A stretch of 59,574 nucleotides of DNA, counting the filler, from Sphacelaria rigidula (lineage: Eukaryota), in the NCBI GenBank assembly GCA_964200075.2. It is 8 parts of 8 records of this genome, joined end to end, with 100 filler letters (N's around TTAATTAATTAA, not from the genome) between each part and the next. Parts side by side here need not be neighbours in the genome. Positions count along the whole stretch, not along the records: positions 44,757 to 52,115 come from CAXNAA020015269.1; positions 52,216 to 59,574 come from CAXNAA020015270.1; 6 more parts are not named here. One strand, written 5' to 3'. This document shows, piece after piece, positions 46,787-59,574 of the stretch (position 1 is the first letter of the stretch; every line of letters starts with the position of its first letter). Below the pieces are notes generated by a model. That model had not been told where the DNA came from. It saw only the letters and a list, made by a program, of their open reading frames with translations, and did not search any database. A program made the position numbers and the translations under genes.

Positions 46787-48565
46787 CGGAAAATTTCCAT
46801 AATCAGCTGTTATTTAACGGACAACAACACGGTTGTTATACGTTGTCCTGCGGCCACTGTGATGGTAAATGACCGAGTGCGTGAAATAAACTAGTTCCTT
46901 GGGAATTGCTGATGGTCCCCAGAAACGACCGGCGGGTATGAACCAAGATTCCAGTCGAATGTGTGCTTGTGTATGATAATAATTGCGTTGTTGAAGCGTT
47001 GATCCAGCCCCATGAGTCGGATGAGGATTGTACCCAATAGCCTCGTGTATGATATCAGACAAGAATATGAGCTGTTGACAAAAAGACACTTGGAAGCTTC
47101 ACGTCATTTTGGACTATGTTGGCAAGCCTGGCAATCACAACTGCGTTCGTACGGTCGCCTGCTCCGCCCCAGAAGCGACACCTGATTCACCGCCTGACCC
47201 ACCTGACCTGGCACACTTTCAACCGCATGCGCCGGCCCATTCACAAAACGGTAGACGTTCACACATGAGTGGACCTAGTTCGACGGCTGAACCTCGCCAG
47301 GGCGGTACCCACACAGCACTGATGCTCACCTCACAACTTGACTACTTTTTGGGAACGTTCTACAAGTTCCGAAGATTCCAAATAGCATAGAGTGGGGTGA
47401 CCCAGGACGCGTTGCTTAACCCAAAACCTAAGCCCCGCCACCTGCCTGTTTATTTTCTTCTTCTGTAATTCATTTATCATTAGTTGGTACAATCCCACGA
47501 TAAGAAAAAAACAATGACCGATAATTCACTGCAGAAGTATCCGACACTTTTATGTCAACCATTTTATTTTTTCTCTTTCGCTCGGCCAGGTCACACACAT
47601 CACACGCACGAATCAGCGGTGGCCACCGCGGGTTCAACCATGTGGTGTGGTTCCCCTGGATATGCTAACACTGCATTGAAGGGTTCCAAGACAGTCGAAG
47701 CCTGTGCACCGTTGCATGGCTATCAATTGAGCAGTGACCAAACCCAACGTTTCAATCCTGGATTTGATCACCCAATTTTTCATGCACCAGGTGCTTGTCA
47801 TATTCAACCGAATCCCGTCCCTTCGAAGGAGAGGAAGTCATGTAGTGCAGTTTCTCACGCATCAGGAGCCGAAATATCTTCTGGTACGACAGACACTGCT
47901 GCTTCGACTGTTCATCGGAGAGCACCATATTCAAAGCTATTCACGCAAGCACCCCCCAACTGCTCAAGTGCCCGGCTAACCACCCTACCAAGTTCCGCAA
48001 AAGCTACGGTACCCGGTTCCCTTTTATATGATGAGCGTAATTATTCCTTGAAGGGTCGCAACCGCAAAGAACCCATGCTTTCCGTCGCTCAGCGGGTTGA
48101 AATGGAACCCCAAGTGACAGCGAATCAGGTGATGCGCCAAGAGCGTGACCTAGGTTCGACTGTCCAAGAACTCATTTCAATAGCTCCTGGAGCCGCCGAC
48201 CCTTTCGTGCGCTACACGCTTCACCATAGGCGGGCTCCTCCAAATGATCATGTACATAACCCTGATGTAGCAAGCGCACGTGAACTCCAAGGAAGAGATT
48301 GCGTGTGGGCTCAGACAGATGAAAACCTTAGAGTGGAACAGGCCGGTACTCCCCAGATTTCGAACAGATCGTTACTGCTCCCTGACCACCCCGCGTGCAC
48401 TGCGTTAGAATCCATTTCCGATATAGCGCTGCTGTCTGTAGGGACAGGGACTTCGCCGACTCATGGACGTTCGCATCCTCGTCATGAAGGCATCTCAATC
48501 GTGTGTTCGTCACCAGGCAAACAAAGTGTTACGCAAGACGACTCATCTCCTGACTCGCCCACGTT

Positions 48566-48671
48566 GGCCCCTTTAATAGACGCCGGGTTGAACAGTACGG
48601 CTTTACTAACCCCGCGTCGGCCCCTTTAATAGACGCCGGGTTGAACAGTACGGCTTTATTAACCCCGCGTC
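48566..48671. repeat. 53-bp tandem duplication
   Basis: GGCCCCTTTAATAGACGCCGGGTTGAACAGTACGGCTTTA(C/T)TAACCCCGCGTC twice. Confidence 0.95.
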
Positions 48672-49199
48672 CCGACGAATCGTCTCCAAATCCTCCCATG
48701 TTGGCCCTAACTAGTGATGGTGTTGAGTTGATTGGCGTATCAAGCTCAACACCGCGCCCCGATGAATCGTCCCCTGTTCCGACCAAGCTGGATAATGTAA
48801 TTGATTCCGCTTTGCACAATGACGATTCGCCCCCTCTGTTGGCCAATAAGGGCGAAGCACCACGCACATATCAGTTGTCGGGTCCAACCACAACAACTGC
48901 CTTCTCCCGGCATCGCCCCTCCGTCGCAGTATATGAATTCAACCCTCGACTGATGAGACAAATATTCCAGGCACAAACACTGACACTCCATGCACGCACC
49001 ATCCTTGTGACCAAAAGCTTGTTCCACAGGATCGTCAACGGGTGTATTTTAGCACCTTCGTTCAAAACGCAAAGCAGGATGTGTCAGATGTCTTACCCGA
49101 ATTCGGGCCCGATCTCGTCAGTGGTACTGCAACTCTGGATGATGCTTCTTTTACGACCAAGATAGGTTTACATAGTGGAGCGCGTGCAAACTGTCATTT

Positions 49200-51540
49200 G
49201 ATAGCTCTTGCACTACCAGACTCTGGTTCGCCTCAAACGTTCATCACAGCCAGCTGCTGGCAACAAATGATCAACGCGGGCGCGGCGGACGAGCATTGTC
49301 TGTCCACCGTGCACCCCTGTGTTTGCGGTTGCTTTAGTTCCTCCACATGTCTTACGGTCAATCAATCAGTGAGACTAAGTGTACAATTCGACCAGGATAC
49401 TACTCACACTGCTCGGTTGTCCGTATGGGCACTAATTGTGCCCGACGGTTGTCTTTTGATGTTTTGTTGGGTCGAGATAGTTGGCTTCGTTTTTCCACAC
49501 ATACGTATACGACGGACACACCTGTCCCGAACCGTTCAGTCACAAGCAAACTGTCACTGGGTCACTTCGACACTGATTCGGGAGCTCATGCCTATGAGGA
49601 TGATCCCACGAAAACAGGTAATGCATTCCGTCTGTACTATTTTGGTGAACCTGTAGTCTCGCTTTCTCGTGAACCCCAACTAATACAAGTGAACCTCGTG
49701 AGACGCAATGGATCGCCCGCCCTCACAGGACATTATTTGGTCGAGTTGTTCAAACCTGACCAAGCACAGGTTGGTCCGTTTGAACAGACCGAAGTCTTTG
49801 TCCACGAAGGTAGGCAGACCATTTACCTCACGTCCCCTGCATGTTTCGATATACTCAACGGTCAGTTGCTGGCTTATGCTCAAGCGCATCTCATACGAAC
49901 CGCTCTGTCAGATGTGTGCTCCCCGGCGAACAACAACTCGCCGACCGACCCCCCGAAATCCACGCCCCCCCCTCCGCTACATATGCCCGACCCCATGGTG
50001 GTGACAAACCCTCCAGATGCGCCTGACCCTCAACCCCCAACTGCATTACTGGATAAATTTTCTCCAGAACAACGCGCCAGTTTTCAAAAGTTGTGGGATG
50101 ACATTCCCCCTCACTTACGGCATATTGTTTTTGATCTATCTGGCGATGGTTGGACATCCACTGTATCGATAGATTGAGACCCATCTTGGTTAGATACTCT
50201 GAACGGTTTTCTCCTGCACCCTTGGATTTAGGTCGATGTACCACGGCACCGTTTAAGATCAAAATTCCTGATGGCACTCCGCCTACCGCTATGCGTCCGT
50301 ACCGTACGAACCCCCTCTTAGCGGATAAGATCCAGGTAAGGCTCGATGGTTACTTATCTGCCGGTTTGATTCGGCACTCGACGTCTCCGTGGGCCTCGCC
50401 TTTAGTAGTCGTCCGTACGAAGAATGGCAAATCAGACTGACGGTCAATTATCAACGATTGAACGCTGTCACCAAAATCGCCCGGCTGCCACTTCCACGGA
50501 TTGATGAAATTATTGACTCTCTTGGCGGGGGTAAAGTATTTTCGAACTTCGGCATGCAGTCCGGCTACCACCAGCTCGTGATGGATCCAAATTCCATTGA
50601 ACTAACAGCGTTTTGCATGCCATCAGGGTTGTACGAGTGGCTGGTTACACCACAAGGTGCCGCCGGAGCTCCAGGTGCGTTTCAACGTGTGATGTTCCGT
50701 GTAACTGATGGACTGCGCAAATGCCTTATGTACCTTGATGATGCCGTGCGCCACGACTCCATACCGGCTGAGCACGTTGAACAGTTGGCATCATTCTTCA
50801 ATCGGTTTGAACAACACAACCTGAAACTCGCACCCTCCAAATCCCGCATTGGCGCCACGAAGATTGAGTTCTTGGGTCATTGCATCACCCCCGAAGGTCG
50901 TAGCCCAAACCTCGACGAGGTCGCCGCACTCTCCGATATGCCCATGCCACGGGACATTTCTCAAGTGCGTTCCTTGTTGAGAGGTCTAAGCTACTACAGA
51001 CAGTACTTGCCAAACCTTGCCCAAAAGCTAAAACCTCTCACCACCCTCCTAAAAAAAGGGTGAAATTTGTGTTCACATTGGAAATGGAAAAAACCGCCCG
51101 CCGCCTCCTTGACACCCTTTCGCCCCCGCCGATTCTCGTCTTCCCCGACTGGTCGGCCGCGGAGCAGGGGCCCCACCCTTTCCGGCTCCACACAGGTTCT
51201 TCCAAAACTGGGTTTGGCTGCACATTAGAACTGTTCGTCCCGTTGTCCATCTGAGTCGCACCACTTTTCCGAATGAACAGAATTGGTCTGTCATGGAACA
51301 AGAGGCCGGCGCAGTTGTTCGTGGCGTGCAACGTCTGCGTCAGTATTTGTATGACATCCCGTTTTTGATTTATACCGATCACAAGTCTTTGGAAAGCCTT
51401 GCCAAAATGGCGGAACACAACGCTAGGATCCAACGCTGGTTCGAAAATCTGCCGTCTTACAACTTACAACTGAAGTGCCGCACAGGTCCCCAGAATGCAA
51501 ACGCCGACTTCCTGTCATGCTTGCCCACACCAGCTCAACC
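49200..51540 (+). pseudogene. pol: Gypsy pol: aspartic protease, reverse transcriptase and RNase H (frameshifted)
   Basis: Protease LPDSGSPQTFI...FDVLLGRDSW. RT RPYR..., SPWASPLVVV, RLTVNYQRLN, PLPRIDEI, YLDD, IEFLGH. RNase H FRLHTGSS..GFG, EQEAGAVV, IYTDHKSL, NANADFLS. Confidence 0.95.
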
Positions 51541-52115
51541 TATCGATGAATCTGCCATGAGACGTATCACCGATCCAACCGAAGACATTGTATATTTCAT
51601 AAGCAGGAATGGACACAGAGGTCTCTACACGCCACTTTCACTGAGAGAAACGCCGGCTTTAGGCATGGGTGGGCTGACGACCACAGCCCACGCATCAGTC
51701 CTAGGCAGCTTGCAACCTCAATTGTTGTACTCAGTTTGGAATGGACTGTCTACGAATACTGTTGGCTATGATTATTTCCGTGCAACTGGCCAGCGCATGT
51801 TATTCGCAGCAGGTGTAGAACCGTCCTTTGCTGACTCCGTCTTACCAGTTCAAGTTCGAGATTTGATTTCGAGTAGGACTCGTGGGCGGCGAACCGCCGA
51901 AACGGCCACCAAATTAGCCGTATCCGGTCCTGGCCTTCCCCCCCCTGCCCCCACCCCGGTCCCCGATAGTTTCTTTGCGCCCCCGCAGCCTCCCCGACGC
52001 AAGGCCCCCGAAATATCGACCCCGACCGTGCCGCCCCTGCCAACCATAGCCGACACCACGGCTGTGACCCCCCCCAGTGGCGATGATATTGCGGACACCA
52101 CCACAACACCCTCCA

Positions 52116-52215
52116 NNNNNNNNNNNNNNNNNNNNNNNNNNNNNNNNNNNNNNNNNNNNTTAATTAATTAANNNNNNNNNNNNNNNNNNNNNNNNNNNNN
52201 NNNNNNNNNNNNNNN
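52116..52215. other. Artificial contig linker
   Basis: Same spacer. Confidence 0.98.
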
Positions 52216-52231
52216 AACGATACGAGACTGC

Positions 52232-52470
52232 TGCCGAGATAGCCCCCCCCCGAACCGGCCAAAAAAGTGCACGGAGGCGATGATCATAAATGCCGTTTGA
52301 GTTGGTTTCATGCTGCACGACGCGATTCATTTGGGCGTTATAGCTGAATTCGGACTGCTACACGCCTCTCATCATGTGGGAAAATTGCTGCAAACGAGCG
52401 CAAAAGTGGAATCGCAGCCGGTTTGTCGGACGGTATCCGGTGCACTTTTTGTGGGGGTGCTATCTCGGCA
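52232..52470. mobile_element. MITE-like element, second copy (inverted relative to 18540-18776)
   Basis: Same TGCCGAGATAGC...AAAAAGTGCAC inverted ends and a homologous core. Confidence 0.8.
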
Positions 52471-54156
52471 TTACTCACGACCAAGGCGATCTCGAAGCAG
52501 CCATTCTACGGAACACGGACACCGCTTGGGATGCAGATGACTCATGATGCCGCATCCGAGTCTGCTTCCCCATTCACCTTGCGTAGTGTACCACGTTCGA
52601 GTCGCTTGTCTTGCGCCGTAGCGTCGTTGGAAAACCATGTGTTTCCCCCCCTCCCCCCCTCCGTTTGTTTTTCGTACTGAGTAGCCCCGTCCCTGTAGTA
52701 GTTGATGTTGCGTTTTGTGTTGGGTATTTGGTCTTTTGTTTTTGTATTTTGTATTCTTTGTGTGTTGTGTTTTGTTTTTTGTTGCTTTGGACCTGTTTTT
52801 GTGTTTCGGTTTTCTTTGCCTTTGCGTTATTTGTTCTGATTTGTTTTTGTCTTTTTTGTTTTTCTCCTCTTCTTTTCTTCGCTTTTCGCCTCGTGCTTTG
52901 TGTTCGATTTTTTGTGTTCAATGGGTACTTTTCTTGGTTATTTCTGGGTTCATCTGGCAAAGTGTACGTGACGACCGTTCCATTCCTGACCCCGAGTCTG
53001 GAACCTTGAACCTCCGTTCTCCGCGCCGTACATTCACGACCATTCCGTCTACTGGAACAGTTGCCACGAGATATTTATTTCTTCATTCTGTTTTCGTTGT
53101 ACGCACCTTTCGCCTTTTTTGTAATATGTTGTTGTTTTTTTATTCTTGTCTTTTCGGTCGAGAGTTTTAGGAGCAAGCGCTAGATAGACCTGACCTCCCC
53201 GTCTTGAATAATTGCGCTCTCACCCAACCGCTTCGTACACGCATACCGCCTCCCCCTTCAGGATCGGTAATCACGTGTCCCCTTTTTGTGTGCGTACCAC
53301 GTTGAGTTCTATATCAACATGGGTTTGTCTGAAATGGTTTGACCTTCTTGGCTGAAACGTTTGACCCTGCTTGCTTCATACACACGATAACCGCTCCCGT
53401 TTACAACGACGGTTGCCGCGTGTTGTTTATTCTGCTTTATGTTGCGGATATTTCGTTTCCGCTGTTGCCCAGCGTGCCCCTGGTTTTGTATTTATTTTTG
53501 TTCTTGGTTTCTGCGTCTATGTCGGGAATTCGCCATGAGTGCTCCAACGTTCCTGACCCTCGAGTCTAGAACACTTGTCATGAAGTCGCAGTATAATCGG
53601 TTGCAAACGTCTCCTCATACACGACCATTACGTATCATGATAAGGTAGATTGCTCTTCCGGAACTGTCCGTTCCGCCATGTCGATATTCGACCGTTGGTA
53701 CACCCTATAGGCTCAGAGTCCGCCACTCGCTATTTTTTGTCACTTTCACCAGTTTATGCGTACAATTACCCGCCCCTGAAATCGGTCGGTGGTGTTTTGT
53801 TTTTATCAGGGATTATCGGACGAAATAACGTGACGGTACGATCGGCTGTGGTTATTAATCCAGTTTGTGTTCGGGCTAGTCTCGTTTTAGTCCGAACGGG
53901 CAAATACTGTGAGGAGTGGGCTGCGTTGGTCCTCTCTGTCCTGTGTATTTGTCGTGGGTCAGAAATGTGTTGGGCGATCCGCCTCGGAACTATGTAGTAG
54001 GCCCGAAGGTTGTGTGTTGACTCCACTACGTTTCTTTCGACGTGTACGGACACCTGACCTCACAAACCGGTCGGTTGTTTTCGTATTTCGTCGGGTGAAG
54101 AAAAAACAAAAGCTCTACGACTGGATCATCACCCAGACGTCCCAAGCAAGTCGTTG

Positions 54157-55415
54157 CTCTCACAAACATGTACCGACAATTAACTCACGTCAAACGGGTT
54201 GATTTGTCCGTATCATGCTATATATATATTTTTTCAACGTATGGTTCTCGCGGGAAACTACCATTCCCGCGACGAAATCGGCTATACGTTGTTAGCTTTT
54301 GCTGATTGACTGGGACGAGTGATTAGCATGAACTTGGTTATCGGAGTGATACAATGCCTTGGCGGGCTTGCTTGTTTTTCTACCAATGACCTAAACCAAA
54401 TCGGACATCCGGAAAAGAGTGAACTATTATATTCATGATATAGTTATGTCAGAGTAGGATGATCGTTTCAATGATAGGTCTCTGATTGTCTGTGGCTATG
54501 CTTGTTTTTCTACCAATGACCTAAACCAAATCGGACATCCGGAAAAGAGTGAACTATTATATTCATGATATTGTTATGTCAGAGTAGGATGATCGTTTCA
54601 ATGATAGGTCTCTGATTGTCTGTGGCTATCCCGGAAATGCTCACGGCATTCTGACGACACTGCATTTTGTGGTATATGGTTTTGATTGTTTTTGGATTTT
54701 TTTGTGGGTTTCCTATGATTCCGTCTGAAAGGCTCACGGAACATAAGGACACTGAATTATTGTATCAGTTCTATTTTATGGTCTCCTTTGCTTTGTGCTT
54801 GTGTTTGTTTTTCATTGATTGTTTTGGTGTTGGTCGCCCCTTCCCGTTCCCCGTACCAAGGAAGACTCGATCTTTAAAGTGAATCTCAGTTTTCTGTGGT
54901 GTGGGAGAGGAGTGGCTCGATGCAAGTTCGTCCCTTCTGAAAAGGGACTGCACTTGAACGATCCAGGGTGGGCTAATGTGATGGTAAATGACCGAGTGCG
55001 TGAATTAAATTAGTTTTTGGAGATTTGCTGATGGTCCTCAGAAACGACCGGTGGGTATGAAAAAATTCTAGTCGGATGTGTGCTTGTGTACGAGAGAAAG
55101 TAGGTTGTTGAAGCGTTGATCCAGTTCACAAGTCGGATAAGGTCTGTACCCGATTAGCCGCGTGTACCCGCTGCTACTACGGATTTGATTGGCTACAGCA
55201 TGGCGCGTCATGCTGATTTTGTATTATGACAAGGTTGTAAGCGAGGAAGGACGTGTCGGCAGAACAGCGAACCAAGTTGTCGCTCCCCACCTTCTTCACT
55301 CGATCCACCGGCAAGTCTGCAGGCATCTATTGGATATAAGGAGAGCTTTTAACGATCACCGACCACCACCGGTCTCCCTACCTACAGTGTCGCGAGCCCA
55401 CAGCACTGACGTGAG
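54157..55415 (+). mobile_element. 3' end of the Gypsy family: 3' non-coding region, PPT-like AGGGTGGG and LTR from 54977
   Basis: LTR homologous to 25193 onward. The upstream 800 bp is shared with the minus-strand copy at 58868-59574 but not with the 5' LTR copies. Confidence 0.75.
54370..54629. repeat. 130-bp tandem duplication
   Basis: 54370-54499 and 54500-54629 are nearly identical. The sister copy (about 59228-59358) has one unit. Confidence 0.95.
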
Positions 55416-57697
55416 TCTCTTCTTGTGCTGTACTATCACCCTCATCCGCAATTGTTATTGTATTCTGGAATGGGCTTTATGATTTCCCATGAGATGCTGG
55501 TTATTGTATTGAGAGACTGAAACCACAGTTTGAGTTTAACAAAACGATCCAGGATCGCTTGCTGACATCCTCCGAAGGGTGTGGCTTGCTTGCGTCGGCG
55601 TATACGGCGTTACTGCTCTGCGGTATCACTTATACTTCGACAGTTGGGCCAGCTTAGGAACGGATTTAAGCTCTCAAAGTAAAATTCATCGACACAGACG
55701 AGTTGGGCCGCAATCCGCATATCGTGTTATTAATCGTCCAATCAAGGGGAACGCACCCATCTGCTCAAAACTCTGTGCCAACATTTTCTCGTTGATTAAA
55801 CCCCATGTGTAGTAACTCCTATAACATACGAAGATCGCGTCCACACTAAAATCTATATGTAACCTCCAGCGATGCATTCAGTGGGTGATGACGATTTTTG
55901 GTGTGGACATTCCTTGGAGCACGGGTAGACGATAGATACCCTCACCTTTACCCAATTCGTAATCTATCTCGAGATCCAGCGCATATGAAGTTCTATATTA
56001 AAAATGATATATTACCAGCAGAGGCACTAGATGCCCTAAATCTGGATATCGCGTCTCAGTTTTCGAGAGTTGTGCTATGTGATTTGGTATGGAGAACCGC
56101 TAGTGCATAATGAAATAAAAAATGAGTTTCTACTTTTGTTTCGTTTTTGTCATTTTGTTCCCGTGTCTTTAGGGAAGTTTCGAGGAGAAGTGAACAATGC
56201 TCTTGGGCCTGATCTCACTTTTTAGCTCAATTTTTGGAATTTACTTTGGAACTTAGCATGTAAAACCACTAAGATATGCTGAATACAAAGAAATAGACCT
56301 TCACCTTTTTGGGAGGGGGGAAAGGTTTGGGCATTCTCGGAAAAAAATGGTCATTACCAAACGCCCTACCCCAGCGATTAAAATTAATCAAAACTAACCT
56401 GATCCATATTTCGTGGTTTATCATGACCTAACGAGGTCCCGAACAAAGTTTCAAAACACAAACACCAAACGTGGGCCGGTAAACGGCCTGCAAACTAATG
56501 TTCCGAATTTCCACCGGCCCGGGTTCTAAAAGGCGATTTCGCATTTTTTTACTTGGAGTTGGACAGTGAAATTTGGTATCGACAATCAGCAGGACATGAA
56601 AAAAAACGTGTGCGAGGTCTTGGAGTTTTTTTTTATGAGTTAACGACAATAGTCAGTTTTAGGGTTTCAGTGAAATGACGTTAAGTCACCAAAACAAAAA
56701 ATTGAGACCCCTCACACATTTGTTTTCATGCCTTGTTGATTGTCCATACCAAATCTCACTATCCAACTCTAAGTAAAATAATGAAAATCCGCCTGCAAAC
56801 TATGAATCCGTTCCTAGGCTAGCCCAGCTCGTAGAAAAGAAGAAAAAGAGAGAGGGAAAATGACTATACTGCTAGCTGTAACCAAATGATACCAAGCCAT
56901 AGGTTTCGGTATAATCGCATGCATGATTGGAGCAGTCGCAGGGGACAGGGGATCTTGGATTGATGACTCTCATCTGTGTGGCCCCTTGCTGTCTGGCTCT
57001 TAGTGTGGTCGGTTGAGGATCACTCTGTGATAATAACAAGTGAGAAGTAATGACTTGTCGAGCACGAGGCCGGTGCTACTGGAGGAGTCCCTCGTGGATA
57101 GCCCTCTTGTCCAGATCGTCTGGCAGAGGCTACAATATCTAGATATTATTCTTCCCGCGCTCTGTTAGATAAGTTTGGCTGCGGCGAAAAGGAGGCAGCA
57201 GTCTACAGCCAGTTTAGCCCACAGACAGGAGGAGACCAACTTGAAGCGCACAGCATAGGGGGACTATAGACTTCTGTCACTCAAGATCAGATCGCCATGT
57301 GGACTCCTCCCATCACGGGCACATGAACGTTAGCAGCTTTAGTTATTCACGTATTAAACCTCAGCATATACAGGCAGGACCATATGTAATAATGATGGGA
57401 TGGCTAATGCACTGACTGAGGTCTCTCAGCACGAGTACCAGGATATACCATTGGGTCCAGCTAACCCAAGCTCTCACGTGGGCACCACGTACGACCTGTA
57501 GCTTTCCATCATGAACAATCACAGAGTAGGTTTATTCATGTATACTGCTGATCGGGAACTCACGTGTTTCATAGCATCATGTTATATCTACAAGCAGCTC
57601 TCTTACTCAGTACGACCGCGGCGTAGCCATAGGAGCAGAGCGTAGTGATGGCCCAGAGTAGACCACGGCACAGGCAGCAACTGATTGAGGTGGGGGG

Positions 57698-58209
57698 CAA
57701 CGCGGCCTACGGCCGCGGCTGAACAATCCTAACTAATGACAGTAGCAAACGCAATAACAACGCGTGACGGAATCCAGGGTCTACGAGCAGACCCGCACAT
57801 CGTGATATCTTACTGCCACCAAGCTTCATCAAACTAGCCCATCCTAGACGAGTCCTTATGCAGTTGAATCATCATCACCTCGGCACAATATAATTGCGCC
57901 GGGGAAGTTGAGAATTCAACGATAAAGGGCTCTTCTACACTACACTCGTACAAAAGCATCAAGCGAAGAAAAATCATGACTCTCCCACACCTCTAAAATG
58001 CGAGCATCGCTGCGAACCGACGCATCAAACGTTCAATCCACAAGAAGGAAAGCGTTGTATCTACGTGTAACTCACGACCCATGTTGAAGAAGACAACATA
58101 CGCGCAAGTCCATCTACACAGTAAAGCACTAAATGGTACGCCAACGCGGCCTACGGCTGCGGCTGAAAAATCCTAACTAATGACAGTAGGAAACGCAGTA
58201 ACAACGCGT
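57698..58209. repeat. Pair of 68-bp direct repeats
   Basis: CAACGCGGCCTACGGC.GCGGCTGAA.AATCCTAACTAATGACAGTAG.AAACGCA.TAACAACGCGT at 57698-57765 and 58142-58209. Confidence 0.9.
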
Positions 58210-58519
58210 CACTGTCGTGGTATACAAAAGCAGAGCAAGCCGCACCCCAAGATAGAGATGTGACCAGCTGATCCTGTGTTCGGCTCGTTAACTCAAGGCA
58301 GCCAGATTCTCTCGATAGACGGCACACAGTTGCAGCTAAAGCTGCTATTGCACGTAAGCACTGAGTCCTTTCAGAAAAGGGAAAACCCAAAGATACACAG
58401 GGGTTATGGTACACGTAACTCACTTATTGAGTAACGGCTTGCAGGCCAGAGGATGAGACGTCAGTAGAGCAGATGAAAGCTGATGACCCTTCTTGTAATT
58501 AGTCCTACGAGGGTTTTCT

Positions 58520-59574
58520 TTGACCGATGGGTTGCAAGTGAAGGAGGTGGGTAGCAACAGCTGTGGTTCGCTACTTTGCCAGCGCGTCCTCCTGCCTCGC
58601 TTACAACCTTGTCATAACACAAAATCAGCGTGACGCGCCGTGTCTTTAGCCAATCAAAGCTGTAGCAGCAGCGCGTACACGCAGCTAATCGGGTACAATC
58701 CTTATCTAATTTGTGACTGCTGGATCAACGCTTCAACGATCCTATTTCTATCGTACACAAACACACATTCGACTAGAATCGTTTCATACCCTCCGGTCGT
58801 TTCTGGGGACCATCGGCAAATCCCAAAGAAATAGTTTAATTCACGCACTCGGTCATTTATCATCACAATAGCCCACCCTGGATCGTATAAGTGCAGTTCC
58901 TTTCCAGAAGGGACGAACTTGCATCGAGCCACACCACTCTCACACCACAGAGAAGTGAGACTCATTTCAAAGATCGAGTACTCTTCGGCACGGGGAACGG
59001 GACGACCAACACAAAAAAACAAAAGAGAAGAAACAAAACACACCCAAACAAATAACAAGGCAAAAGAGTAAAAATCGAACCGATACAATAACTTTTAGTG
59101 TCCTCATGTTCCGCATTTCAGACGGAGCCATGGGAATTCCAAAAAAAAACACAAGAATCAAAACCCAACAGTCAAAACCATATACCACAAAATGCAGTGT
59201 CGTCAGAATGCCGTGAGCATTTCCGGGATAGCCACAGACAATCAGAGACCTATCATTGAAACGATCATCCTACCCTGACATAACTATATCATGAATATAA
59301 TAGTTCACCCTTTTCCGGATGTCCGATTTGGTTTAGGTCATTGGTAGAAAAACAAGCAAGCAAGTCCGCCAAGGCATTATATCACTCCGATAACCAAGTT
59401 CATGCTAATCACTCGTCCCAGTCAATCAGCAAAAGCTAACAACGTATAGCCGATTTCGTCGCAGGAATGGTAGTTTCCCGCGAGAACCATACGTTGAAAA
59501 AATATATATATAGCATGATACGGACAAATCAACCCGTTTGACGTGAGTTAATTGTCGGTACATGTTTGTGAGAG
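58520..59574 (-). mobile_element. Second 3' end plus LTR of the same Gypsy family, inverted
   Basis: Reverse complement of 54157 to about 55315. The LTR starts at 58867 after CAGGGTGGGCTAT. Confidence 0.8.

Larger units (their letters stand above)
46858..52115 (+). mobile_element. Ty3/Gypsy LTR retrotransposon copy: partial 5' LTR, most of gag deleted, decayed pol, truncated before integrase
   Basis: LTR start shared with contigs 4 and 8. Domain order PR-RT-RH is Gypsy-type. Confidence 0.9.

Noticed and set aside
52574-53170. Hydrophobic or Lys-rich ORFs of 128-151 aa
   Set aside because: Products of a T/G-rich low-complexity tract.
56850-58440. Possible highly decayed retroelement gag remnant around the 68-bp direct repeats
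   Set aside because: No frame or motif could be reconstructed with confidence.

Overview
This window is not one locus. It is eight unrelated contigs of 7359-7360 bp joined by artificial 100-bp spacers (N44-TTAATTAATTAA-N44). Contig coordinates: 1-7360, 7461-14820, 14921-22279, 22380-29738, 29839-37197, 37298-44656, 44757-52115, 52216-59574. The DNA is repeat-rich and eukaryotic, with short GT-AG exons in kb-long introns; a stramenopile, probably a brown alga, is my inference only. Well-supported content: four internal exons of an ABCB/P-glycoprotein-type transporter (contig 2); three exons of a plastid-type ascorbate peroxidase with a decayed LINE upstream (contig 3); pieces of one Ty3/Gypsy LTR-retrotransposon family (contigs 4, 7, 8); a MuDR/Mutator transposase fragment (contig 6); and several MITE-like, foldback and tandem repeats. 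The best candidate for something undescribed is in contigs 1 and 5. Each carries a decayed, apparently spliced, collinear gene with an N-terminal ParB/sulfiredoxin-like DGxHR domain and a C-terminal region resembling a divergent beta-class (N6/N4) DNA methyltransferase fold, plus the same hairpin-rich repeat just downstream of the ParB-like part. This suggests a multicopy, possibly mobile ParB-MTase-like family. The call rests on by-eye motif matching and needs profile searches.
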